Shown: in pieces, positions 50,070 to 58,559 of the stretch
Layout of the letters: every line of letters begins with the position of its first letter
Numbering within the stretch: the first letter of the stretch is position 1
NCBI GenBank assembly: GCA_965208125.1
Contig: OZ242320.1
Coordinates: 576,001-640,000, forward strand
Reading direction: 5' to 3'
Length of the DNA stretch: 64,000 nt
Source of the DNA: Candidatus Latescibacterota bacterium
Lineage (GTDB): Bacteria > Latescibacterota > UBA2968
Notes under the pieces: generated by a model
What the model saw: the letters and a program-made list of their open reading frames with translations, nothing else
The model's database searches: none
What the model was told of the DNA's origin: nothing
Translations under genes and position numbers: made by a program

Positions 50070-50105
50070 TGTCTTTCTCCTTTGTTATGTCTGACGCTTC
50101 GCGCC

Positions 50106-52763
50106 TTACTTAATGATCAGGAATGTGCCGGTCTGCGTCTTGCCTTCTGAACCCGGCATCAGAGAGGTGACCTTCCAGAAGTAAATACCCGGGAACATAG
50201 CCTCACCAAAGTTGGAGGGGCGGTTCTCGGCAAGCTGGATATACGTCACTTCACCCTTCAAAGGATCCTGGTTGTAGAATGTCCAGATCCGCTGACCTGT
50301 CACGTCGTAAAGGTCGATCTGGCAGCGACCCGGCAGATTCGTAAACCGCATATTCTGCTGACGGTTATACGTATGCAAATCGCTATCCACCTTAAACGGA
50401 TTGGGAACCACGCGAACCTGTTCTTCGAGGCGATCAAACACCGCCGCACCCGGAACAACGGGAACAATGCCCGTGCGAGAACCATACACAGAACCCAGAG
50501 AGGTGCTCTGCGAGGCTTCCAGGGCATCCACGCTGCCCAAGCCATTCCAATCACCGTGACCAGAGTCATACATACGCACGCTATACCAGTTGGGAAAACC
50601 TGCATTGGTGCCGTTATCGTCAAACAGATACGTGCCCTGAATTTCAGGACCAGCAGCAGGATCGATAGAACCATGCACACCGGGATGGACGAACTGATTG
50701 GTCGTCAGCGGAATACCCACTGGCCAGGAACCGCTCTTAACCGTTGTCCACGTACGAGAAGGTTCATACGAGACACCCGTGGGCAAATTGCCCGAACGCG
50801 CATCCTCGAAAGAAAACTCGGTTACATACTCCCACTCGCCCTGATATTCTACAGACGAGCGATAGATGCGATATCCGCGCAAGTCCTGTGCCTCGGCGCC
50901 AGAATAATCTGGATCCATTGCTTCTTCGCCAAAGGAACTCCACCGAATCTGCGTCTTACCCTGAAGGTTGGAATCCCAGGCCACCTTGGTATTGGGCGGC
51001 TGGTTGGGAAGATCATAACCCCAGTTGTAAAATTGAATGGCATTTTCAAAGTGATCGAACAGCACATCTTCACCCAGGGGAATCTCGGGCTGGCGATCTG
51101 CCAACTTCGTAGGCTCAGACCCCCTGCCACCGTAGTGATTCATCCAGCCCATGTTGAAGGGCTGCGCATATTTTTTGTAATCGGAATACTTGGCGTGATC
51201 AGCCGCCAGACCCGCTACATACGCGATCACCACTTTGGCCTTCTCACCCGGTGCCAGCGTGTAAGGACCATAAGAAACCAGCGTTGAGTAATGCCCAGGC
51301 GCTTCATTCTCAGGCGTATAACCGCCATTGGCTATCGCGTCGTAAATCTGGGCATTGCCCGTAACGTCTGGAGAGGGATATTCAAAGTCATTCTTACCGC
51401 GATAGGCGTGGAAGAGCACCGAAGCGGGCTGCTGCATGCTCTCATCGTGCCCCGTGGCCGGATTGTCGTGTGGTGCCACATACATCTCATTATCCACGCC
51501 GCCATAACGCATAAACGGCGGGAAGGCATCCACAGTGCCCAGGCCAAAATACTGACCGTGCTGAATCATCCCTTCGCGCACCCAGGTCTGCTCGCGGGTA
51601 TAGCGCTCGCGGGCGATAGCATAGCGATAGGGATCGCCCAGATCATTGATCAGATTGGAAATATGATCGGAATCCCCATCGTGGTAATACGTCATAAAAT
51701 GACCGTCATTGGCAAGATCGACACCGCGCTGCAAACCAGCAGACCTGCCCAGGGCAGAGGTGTAATCCGCACGGCTGACGCCGTTGAGATAATTGGCTGC
51801 CAATGTGTTGCGATAATAATCATCGCGCGTGTAGTCGCGCGGACGATTCCACGACGTTGATCGCCAGCCAGAAGCCTGGCCCGCGTGGAAACGGTTGGCA
51901 AAGGTAATATACACACCTTCAACCGTCGCACCCGAATTGTTCACCACTTCGTTGTCAACGACAAAATACTCATCGTGGGCTGTATGCGCCGAAGAAAACC
52001 ACTTGCGCGTCCATTCCAGACCCGTCGCGGTAGAAGCACCTTCTTGAATACCGATCATCTCGGGAAAATCATCTTCGGACAGCGACTCTACCCACGAAGG
52101 CGCACTGTACTGTGGAAGATCTCCAGAACTGATGCGCTGGGCAAAAGACTCAGGGTTATTATACCTTCCAAAACGGAAGTTCCAGACCACAACAGCCCTA
52201 TTCGTCCCGGGCGATGCCGGTGCAACGCCGTGCGCTTCGGGCCACCAGTTGGTTATGCGGTCGGCAACTGTTGAGCCCGCGATATTGGATGCATCGCGAC
52301 CACCATCCTGGCGAATCGCCATTGCCCAGCCGCCGTTTTCTACAACGCCGACATAGGCTTCGGGCATCTTCGTCATATCGTGGGGACGACCAATCAGGTC
52401 GGAAGACGTAATACGCGGACCTGCATACGTACCGTGGGGGTTGCCTCCCGTATTGGAAAGCACCCAGAAGCCTTCACCACCTGTATTCGACTTGGCATTC
52501 CAGCCTTCGCGCTCAGAACCACCCGAATACACTTTGATATTGCGGCCCTGAGGATACGAAAACGAAGACTGTGCCAACTTTGTCTCGTTATCTTTCTTTC
52601 CCGTCATTCCCGGGTTGTGGAGCGTGTGCCCGATCTGACCTCGGGACATCGAGATTCTGGCATTGCCGGGCCACTGAGCCTGAGCCTGTGTGACCAGCCC
52701 CGCCAGGCACATGCCAACTCCGGCGAAAAACCCGGAAGCGTAAAACCATAGCTTTTTGGACAT
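50106..52763 (-). CDS. Large exported protein with FN3-like and T9SS-CTD-like C-terminal domains
   Basis: Signal peptide; GYRIYRS..WYSV FN3-like segment; VRVVPNPF..RFTNLP..IDLYDVTGQ..GIYFWKV..FLIIK. Confidence 0.8.
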   Translation of the reverse strand: MSKKLWFYASGFFAGVGMCLAGLVTQAQAQWPGNARISMSRGQIGHTLHNPGMTGKKDNETKLAQSSFSYPQGRNIKVYSGGSEREGWNAKSNTGGEGFWVLSNTGGNPHGTYAGPRITSSDLIGRPHDMTKMPEAYVGVVENGGWAMAIRQDGGRDASNIAGSTVADRITNWWPEAHGVAPASPGTNRAVVVWNFRFGRYNNPESFAQRISSGDLPQYSAPSWVESLSEDDFPEMIGIQEGASTATGLEWTRKWFSSAHTAHDEYFVVDNEVVNNSGATVEGVYITFANRFHAGQASGWRSTSWNRPRDYTRDDYYRNTLAANYLNGVSRADYTSALGRSAGLQRGVDLANDGHFMTYYHDGDSDHISNLINDLGDPYRYAIARERYTREQTWVREGMIQHGQYFGLGTVDAFPPFMRYGGVDNEMYVAPHDNPATGHDESMQQPASVLFHAYRGKNDFEYPSPDVTGNAQIYDAIANGGYTPENEAPGHYSTLVSYGPYTLAPGEKAKVVIAYVAGLAADHAKYSDYKKYAQPFNMGWMNHYGGRGSEPTKLADRQPEIPLGEDVLFDHFENAIQFYNWGYDLPNQPPNTKVAWDSNLQGKTQIRWSSFGEEAMDPDYSGAEAQDLRGYRIYRSSVEYQGEWEYVTEFSFEDARSGNLPTGVSYEPSRTWTTVKSGSWPVGIPLTTNQFVHPGVHGSIDPAAGPEIQGTYLFDDNGTNAGFPNWYSVRMYDSGHGDWNGLGSVDALEASQSTSLGSVYGSRTGIVPVVPGAAVFDRLEEQVRVVPNPFKVDSDLHTYNRQQNMRFTNLPGRCQIDLYDVTGQRIWTFYNQDPLKGEVTYIQLAENRPSNFGEAMFPGIYFWKVTSLMPGSEGKTQTGTFLIIK

Positions 52764-52800
52764 GGAAACTGCTCCTCTATGGAGTGATTGATGACATCTT

Positions 52801-52844
52801 TACTACTTGCGATCTACTACTACTTGTACTACTTGCGATCTACT
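52801..52844. repeat. 18-bp direct repeat in 5' leader
   Basis: TACTACTTGCGATCTACT at 52801-52818 and 52827-52844; TACTACTTG occurs three times. Confidence 0.85.
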
Positions 52845-52904
52845 GCGTTTCCCCGGCGACTTCAAGCGAAAATATTGACCATCCCCCCTTTCTGCGTGAA
52901 GCCG

Positions 52905-52932
52905 GTAGTGTGCAGGCGCCCCTGCACACTAC
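52905..52932. repeat. Perfect 12-bp inverted repeat
   Basis: GTAGTGTGCAGG-CGCC-CCTGCACACTAC. Confidence 0.85.
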
Positions 52933-52952
52933 TCAGGATTCTTTTAATCTAT

Positions 52953-52981
52953 ATTATAACATAAACTAACACCTGGAACAA
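52953..52981 (-). promoter_or_regulatory. Putative internal sigma70 promoter (extended -10)
   Basis: Minus strand TTGTTC-17nt-TATAAT with TGn directly before the -10. Confidence 0.6.
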
Positions 52982-53031
52982 GAAGTTCCAACTTTTTTAG
53001 AAGGGCGCGAAAAACCGCACCCTTCCGCGAT

Positions 53032-56000
53032 CTACCACTTAATGCGCAAGCTGAATCTCAACTCGCGTGGAGAGTCCCAATAATTGAGAATATCGTTGTT
53101 TTCTGGAGACGCTAAATTCAACGCAACAATATCGGGATTGGTGGGTTCTAATGCCAAGATGCCATATTGTTGATAGCGATCCGTATTGAAATCAATCGGC
53201 AACGTACTCTCATTCTCAGGTCTAACCGAGCGGGTGTCCTGCTGGTTAAACAGATTATAGACCTCAGCTGCCAGAGTCATATTCACACCCGACGTATTGC
53301 CAAATACCTTCTCGGCATTGAGATCTGCACGCGTGTGAATTGGACCATATCTGAAGCCCTGAATACCACCCGTGCTATACGTAAACCGGGAACCCGTGTA
53401 CAGGCGATACACCAGATTGGCGCGAACATTGCCTAAAGCTCTGCCATCAAAAGGACCGTAGTTCGATGGCGTGGCAAACAAGAACGTAATCGAACCAAAG
53501 CTGCGGCGGTCGGCGGTCAGCGGGGTGCGCTCGCCAGATTCCTGGTTGTGCGCCACCGCCAGCGTGCCTTCGCCACTACCCGGATTGCCGGGATGGTTGC
53601 CAGCGCGTTCCCAGTATTCCCTGTCTGCGTCGTCGTAATGGCCCAGACTTGTCTTGGGTTCATCGGCAATAAACTGCGCGCCCTCTGACGAATAGTGAGA
53701 ATACCACGGAATCCACGACCACGCACCACCGGTGCCTGTGAAATTCACGATTCTGGTATGTTGAGTCCGCAAATAAAGATTCGCCTGGTGACCATACTGG
53801 ATGATGTAGTGATCCTCTGGCAATCCTTCACGACGCGCTTTTTCCCGCAATGACACGGGGCTCTCGACACCGGTCGTGGGATCGACATCCCAGGTGTTCC
53901 AGTAGTAACCACTGGCCACAAACTGAGAGTCGGGCCATACATCTCTGCGGTGCGCGCTGTTGCGCCCTTGATCGCCCCACTGCAGGTTGTAGCCCACATT
54001 GAACGAGAACATATTGGAAAACTTCTTGCGCAAATTGATCTCAAAACCGCGAACATCGCGCCAGTTACCCGGCCCATGGCCTTGAACACCCGTCACATAC
54101 TGGTGACCGGCTGGATCAATCCACTGTTGTGAGGCATTTCTGATCTCATTGCCCGACGCCTTGTAATAGGTCGTCAGACCGAGCACATAATCGCCCACGA
54201 AGTTCCAGTCTAAGCCCACCTCAAAAGAAGTGGTTTCTTCGGGCGGCAAATACGGAGTTCCATGTTCTGAACCCGAGTCATTGTATTCGTTGTACTGTTC
54301 GCCGGGGTCAATTATACCATTGCCATTCAGATCCCTATCCACAGCCTCATTAGACGTGAACTCGTTCTGGAACATTTGGTCGAATTGCGGGCGCTGCACA
54401 AACCGACCGTAGAAAAAGCGTATGAGGCTCTTTTCCGTAATCGGGTGCGACACGCCAACGCGGGGCTGGAACGCCTTAATCGAAGGTCCCTTGGTTGTGG
54501 GAATATAGACGGAACGCGTCATGCCATTCCAGGGTGCCTTAGCACCGTACCATGCATCGGTATCTTTGATATAGGTGTTCGGGAAGAAAATCTCGCCCCT
54601 TATGCCCGCATTCACGATCATCCCTTCAAACTCGATCTTGTCCTGAACATAAACGCCAAAATCGAGGGGATTGAGACCTACATTTTCCCCATTCGGCCAG
54701 AATGCCGTATCTTCATAGTTCTTGGAGAACCAGCGGACACGGCGATGCGTGGGACCAGTGGACCATCTTAGCTGATACCAGTTGTCGTAGCGAATTACTT
54801 CCACGCCGGCTTTCACAAAGTTTTGCTTGTTCACCTGGCTGGAAAGGTCCGCCTTAAAGCTCAACCGCTTGTATTCAAAAATACTCCAGTCGGTCGTTTC
54901 GCGATAAATCGTGTAGTATCCTGCCGCGTCCTTTGTGCTCGAAGACGTCAGATTTTCACCTACCACATAGTGAGGATTCAAGCCCATTGTGTCGCGCGTA
55001 GAAGTCGAATAGCCCAGATTCACCTCGTAAAAGGTCTTGGGAGACAGGGAATGCGTCACTGCTGCGTATAACAACGCATCTGTATCGCGGTATTGACCAC
55101 TGGGATTTACAACGTGCAAAAAGATGTTTTTGCCAAAGTCGCGCAAATTCAACCGACCGCCTTCATCTGGATTGGTAAAGCGGTTTTCAGCGCGATTATA
55201 AATCCCGCCCACGCGCAACTTCAAGTTGGGAGATGCGGCAAACGTGAGCTTTGCCGTATTGCGCGTATTCGGGGGGGTCGTCAAATTGGCATCCAAAAGT
55301 GCCGACGGCAGTCTGCGCCAATCTGTACTGGCAAAAAATGTCAGGTCCCGACTCAGTGGACCCGCAATATTGGCACTAATGCGATGTCCCATTTTGCCCG
55401 TGTAGTCCAGACGCTTATGCGCCTGCACCACATCGTTGGCACCATCGCCATTCAGGTCAGCGGGAATCTCGACCTGCTCTGCAACCCAGTCGGGATTATC
55501 CCACTTGTTGTTGCCACGGTGCATGGGCGAATCGTACACATTGGCACCCCAGTGCTTCTGCCCTGCAGGCGTGAACTGATAGTCCAGCATACCACTGTAT
55601 GCTGCGCCACCATCGCGCGTCACCATGGAAACCACACCACCCTGGGCATTGCCATACTCGGCGTTGTAACCACCCGTAATCACCTGAAGTTCCTGAACCG
55701 CACTCTTGTTCACGTTTCGCCCAATGCCCAGGCGAGAACCACTGTGGTCGGTCGTCGAAATGCGAACGCCATCCACTATGTATGCCACATGGTCGCGGTC
55801 GCCGCCGCGGATCATGATCTCATTACCATCGGCATCGATTGAAACACCAGCCTGAAGCTCGATGAACTCACCCATGTCGCGCACGATGGGCACGGCATCG
55901 AGCTCTTCGGAACTCATAATATACTTACTCGTCGTCTTATCTGGCTCAACGGGCGGACGCTCGGCAATAACCGTGATTTCACCCAATTCCAGAGCTGCCT

Positions 56001-56322
56001 CTCGAATCTGGAAATCAACCGTCGTCGTCAAGTCAGTTTGAACCCTGATGTCGGTCTGACGCTGGGCATCATAACCCACTAATGAGGCCGTCATCGAATA
56101 CGTGCCGGGATCGACGAGCAAAATGACAAAAAACCCATCGGTATCGGTGACAGCGCCGCGCTGTGTGCCATCAATGACAACATTGGCACCTGGCACGACC
56201 TCACCAGTCTGCGCGTCCCGCACTGTTCCCTGCAATTTTCCCGTTGTTGCGGCATAAGAAGTACCTGCGCCAACGAGCAAAGACAGTGCAACTATTGAGA
56301 ATGTCTTCAATAACTTATGCAT
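53032..56322 (-). CDS. TonB-dependent receptor (large, carboxypeptidase-regulatory N-domain)
   Basis: Signal peptide, VPGANV..GAVTD.DG, plug IRGG..VDG, TGGYNAEYG, NLFN, C-terminal Trp. Confidence 0.92.
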   Translation of the reverse strand: MHKLLKTFSIVALSLLVGAGTSYAATTGKLQGTVRDAQTGEVVPGANVVIDGTQRGAVTDTDGFFVILLVDPGTYSMTASLVGYDAQRQTDIRVQTDLTTTVDFQIREAALELGEITVIAERPPVEPDKTTSKYIMSSEELDAVPIVRDMGEFIELQAGVSIDADGNEIMIRGGDRDHVAYIVDGVRISTTDHSGSRLGIGRNVNKSAVQELQVITGGYNAEYGNAQGGVVSMVTRDGGAAYSGMLDYQFTPAGQKHWGANVYDSPMHRGNNKWDNPDWVAEQVEIPADLNGDGANDVVQAHKRLDYTGKMGHRISANIAGPLSRDLTFFASTDWRRLPSALLDANLTTPPNTRNTAKLTFAASPNLKLRVGGIYNRAENRFTNPDEGGRLNLRDFGKNIFLHVVNPSGQYRDTDALLYAAVTHSLSPKTFYEVNLGYSTSTRDTMGLNPHYVVGENLTSSSTKDAAGYYTIYRETTDWSIFEYKRLSFKADLSSQVNKQNFVKAGVEVIRYDNWYQLRWSTGPTHRRVRWFSKNYEDTAFWPNGENVGLNPLDFGVYVQDKIEFEGMIVNAGIRGEIFFPNTYIKDTDAWYGAKAPWNGMTRSVYIPTTKGPSIKAFQPRVGVSHPITEKSLIRFFYGRFVQRPQFDQMFQNEFTSNEAVDRDLNGNGIIDPGEQYNEYNDSGSEHGTPYLPPEETTSFEVGLDWNFVGDYVLGLTTYYKASGNEIRNASQQWIDPAGHQYVTGVQGHGPGNWRDVRGFEINLRKKFSNMFSFNVGYNLQWGDQGRNSAHRRDVWPDSQFVASGYYWNTWDVDPTTGVESPVSLREKARREGLPEDHYIIQYGHQANLYLRTQHTRIVNFTGTGGAWSWIPWYSHYSSEGAQFIADEPKTSLGHYDDADREYWERAGNHPGNPGSGEGTLAVAHNQESGERTPLTADRRSFGSITFLFATPSNYGPFDGRALGNVRANLVYRLYTGSRFTYSTGGIQGFRYGPIHTRADLNAEKVFGNTSGVNMTLAAEVYNLFNQQDTRSVRPENESTLPIDFNTDRYQQYGILALEPTNPDIVALNLASPENNDILNYWDSPRELRFSLRIKW

Positions 56323-56337
56323 CAACTTTTACCTCCT

Positions 56338-57111
56338 TTAGTCCCAAAAATAAAACTTGAACCCGGCACTCAGATCAAACATCTGAAGCGGGAAAGCCTT
56401 GTTCAGGCCCCACGCATCGTAAGGGCGGAGTTCGCCGAGAATAAAATGATACCGCGCACGCACATCCAGCGCAATCGTCTGCGTCAAATGCGCTTCCAAC
56501 CCCAATCCCAAAACTGCGGTCACGGCTGTACGCGTATCTTCCTGGCGGTCCATCACCACCTGGGGCAATATATCGCCCTGAGCATCCACATGCGTCGCAT
56601 CTATACCGCTGGCATCGGTCGGGCTCTGCCCCGGCCACACGATATTTTCCGCTACGGTCTTGTGATCGTACAAACCGCCACCCGCAACGATATAGGGCGA
56701 AAAACTCCCCTCATCCATTGAGCGCTCCGCATTGAAAAACCACAACCCGGACATCAACACGCTATTAAAGCGATTCGTATATGCACTATTCGGGTTGATA
56801 TCTTTGCTGCTGTATTGCTTGGCTGTCAAAGCCTTGGGGGACCAGGTAAATTCACCGTTCTCCAGGACGCCACCATCCATATTGGCGTGGTGATACTCGG
56901 CTTCAATAGTCAGACGAGAGCTACTCACGCGACTGGCAGTAATCCCCCATTTGTTTACGCCACCGCCAAATCGATCACCAAAGGTGAACACGGGATTCGT
57001 ATAGCTGACGAAACCGCCCAAACCCCATTTGCCGGCAACCTGAGCCGAAGACATGCTTGCCGAAGCCAAAACACCTGCGACGACAAAACCTAAAACTTTA
57101 AACCATCTCAA
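56338..57111 (-). CDS. OmpA/OmpW-like small outer-membrane beta-barrel protein
   Basis: Signal peptide, SPYIVAGGG, LSAGFKFYF terminal strand; AAAGGAGG RBS with TTG start. Confidence 0.8.
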   Translation of the reverse strand: MRWFKVLGFVVAGVLASASMSSAQVAGKWGLGGFVSYTNPVFTFGDRFGGGVNKWGITASRVSSSRLTIEAEYHHANMDGGVLENGEFTWSPKALTAKQYSSKDINPNSAYTNRFNSVLMSGLWFFNAERSMDEGSFSPYIVAGGGLYDHKTVAENIVWPGQSPTDASGIDATHVDAQGDILPQVVMDRQEDTRTAVTAVLGLGLEAHLTQTIALDVRARYHFILGELRPYDAWGLNKAFPLQMFDLSAGFKFYFWD

Positions 57112-57265
57112 AGTGCTACCTCCTTTCGCAAACTGCGAAAAATGAACGACTTAACAACTTTACTATATGCAACGCAAAACAAATCTATCTCTATTCATCA
57201 CCTCCTTTTGTTTGTTATCAAATCTGAAACATACAATACAAAAATAGCCATCAAGACATAACAGA

Positions 57266-57282
57266 TTGAAACTTTGTTTCAA
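57266..57282. promoter_or_regulatory. Palindromic candidate operator
   Basis: TTGAAAC-TTT-GTTTCAA in the AT-rich region upstream of the OMP/TBDR cassette. Confidence 0.4.
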
Positions 57283-57350
57283 AAATATTTCCAAAAATTC
57301 AACTTAATGTAAAAAAAATATATATGATATGCAACTCATTTTTTTAGTAG

Positions 57351-58559
57351 TTAGCGACCACTTACATTTTTCTCTAACCGCAACCTCTTTGCCTCTGTGC
57401 GGATCTTATCCATCTCCATCTTCATCCGCACAATGCCCTCCCAATGCGTATAATCTGGCGAATGGTGATACGCCGCCTTAAATGTAGTCGCGTGATAAAA
57501 CTTGAACAACCTGAAAAACGCCTGCTCAATCTCCGATGTATTTTCGTACAACTGCTGCCCACCCAGTTCAAAAGCGTGTCCAACCACTGGATTGGCCGGA
57601 CGGTCTTCGGGCATGGGATCCAGCGCGTTTTCATCGTACAATGCCTTAATCACCGCATAAGACTCCGCAACCAGCGCGTCTGCCTCGCGCTTAATCGCAT
57701 CTGCGCGCTCCAGACTCTCGCGAGAAAATCGATTGGAATGGCACGGCGCACACACCTGCAACATCGCATTTCGATTCGCTTCAAACTCCTCTTTGGTCAA
57801 ACGTTTCATCGCCAGATGCGGCAAAAAATCCTCCTCGAGCACTGCCCCCGTAAACACCGCACCCAACCCGATATTTGCCACATGCCCGTGATCGCCATTG
57901 GGCATGTGGCACGTCACGCAACTCGGCGACTTCTCGGCATCTCTATCCGCATAATACAAAACCCCGTGAATACTCGTCTTATACGCCTCCATCACCGGAT
58001 GGTCCGGACCGCCGTGACAAACGGCACACGCCTCTGGCTCTCGCGCAAGCGCCGCGCTAAATTCATGACTCGGATGACAGGTGTTGCACCCCCCCACGCT
58101 GCCATCGGCAAACCGCGCGCCAATGCTGTGGCACCCCATACACCCCTCTTCTTGCATCGCGCGCGACTGCGCCAAAAAACGCGCATCCGACAACGCGGCC
58201 AATTCCGCATCGGCATGTCCGCTCTCTGCAAATGCCTCGACCTCTTCTGCGTGGCATTTACCACACATACCAGCCGATACCTGTCCCCGAACAGCAAAAA
58301 CCGTCTCGTGGTTTTCACCGTGACAATCCGCACACCCCACATTGGCTCGAAAATGGGCACTCTCGCGCCACTGTTTATCCATGCCCGGATCGATATTCCG
58401 ATGGCACCCTTCGCACGACTGGTCACTCTGAATACGCAACAAAAAACCCGGATGTGCAACAAACTGAACCGCCTCCTCCGGCTGCAACACGTAAAACACA
58501 CCCCAGACGCAACCCAGAGCCAGCACACCAACGCCAACAATTTTCATCCAGAGCTTCAC
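57351..58559 (-). CDS. Octaheme cytochrome c, hydroxylamine-oxidoreductase-like
   Basis: 8 CxxCH motifs; C..CH.GPDHP..E.Y..S.HG and C-terminal H.SPDYTHWEG typical of the HAO family; N-terminal TM anchor. Confidence 0.85.
   Translation of the reverse strand: MKLWMKIVGVGVLALGCVWGVFYVLQPEEAVQFVAHPGFLLRIQSDQSCEGCHRNIDPGMDKQWRESAHFRANVGCADCHGENHETVFAVRGQVSAGMCGKCHAEEVEAFAESGHADAELAALSDARFLAQSRAMQEEGCMGCHSIGARFADGSVGGCNTCHPSHEFSAALAREPEACAVCHGGPDHPVMEAYKTSIHGVLYYADRDAEKSPSCVTCHMPNGDHGHVANIGLGAVFTGAVLEEDFLPHLAMKRLTKEEFEANRNAMLQVCAPCHSNRFSRESLERADAIKREADALVAESYAVIKALYDENALDPMPEDRPANPVVGHAFELGGQQLYENTSEIEQAFFRLFKFYHATTFKAAYHHSPDYTHWEGIVRMKMEMDKIRTEAKRLRLEKNVSGR

Noticed and set aside
52801-52844. Mini CRISPR array
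   Set aside because: Only two 18-bp units, with an 8-nt spacer that is itself repeat-derived; no cas genes.
52828-52882. Selenopeptide by TGA readthrough of the MVNIFA uORF
   Set aside because: No recognisable SECIS, poor SD spacing and no supporting homology.
57198-57251. 17-aa hydrophobic/basic ORF MAIFVLYVSDLITNKRR as a type I toxin or YcaO precursor
   Set aside because: No RBS; its basic end is simply the decoy SD sequence in an AT-rich promoter region.
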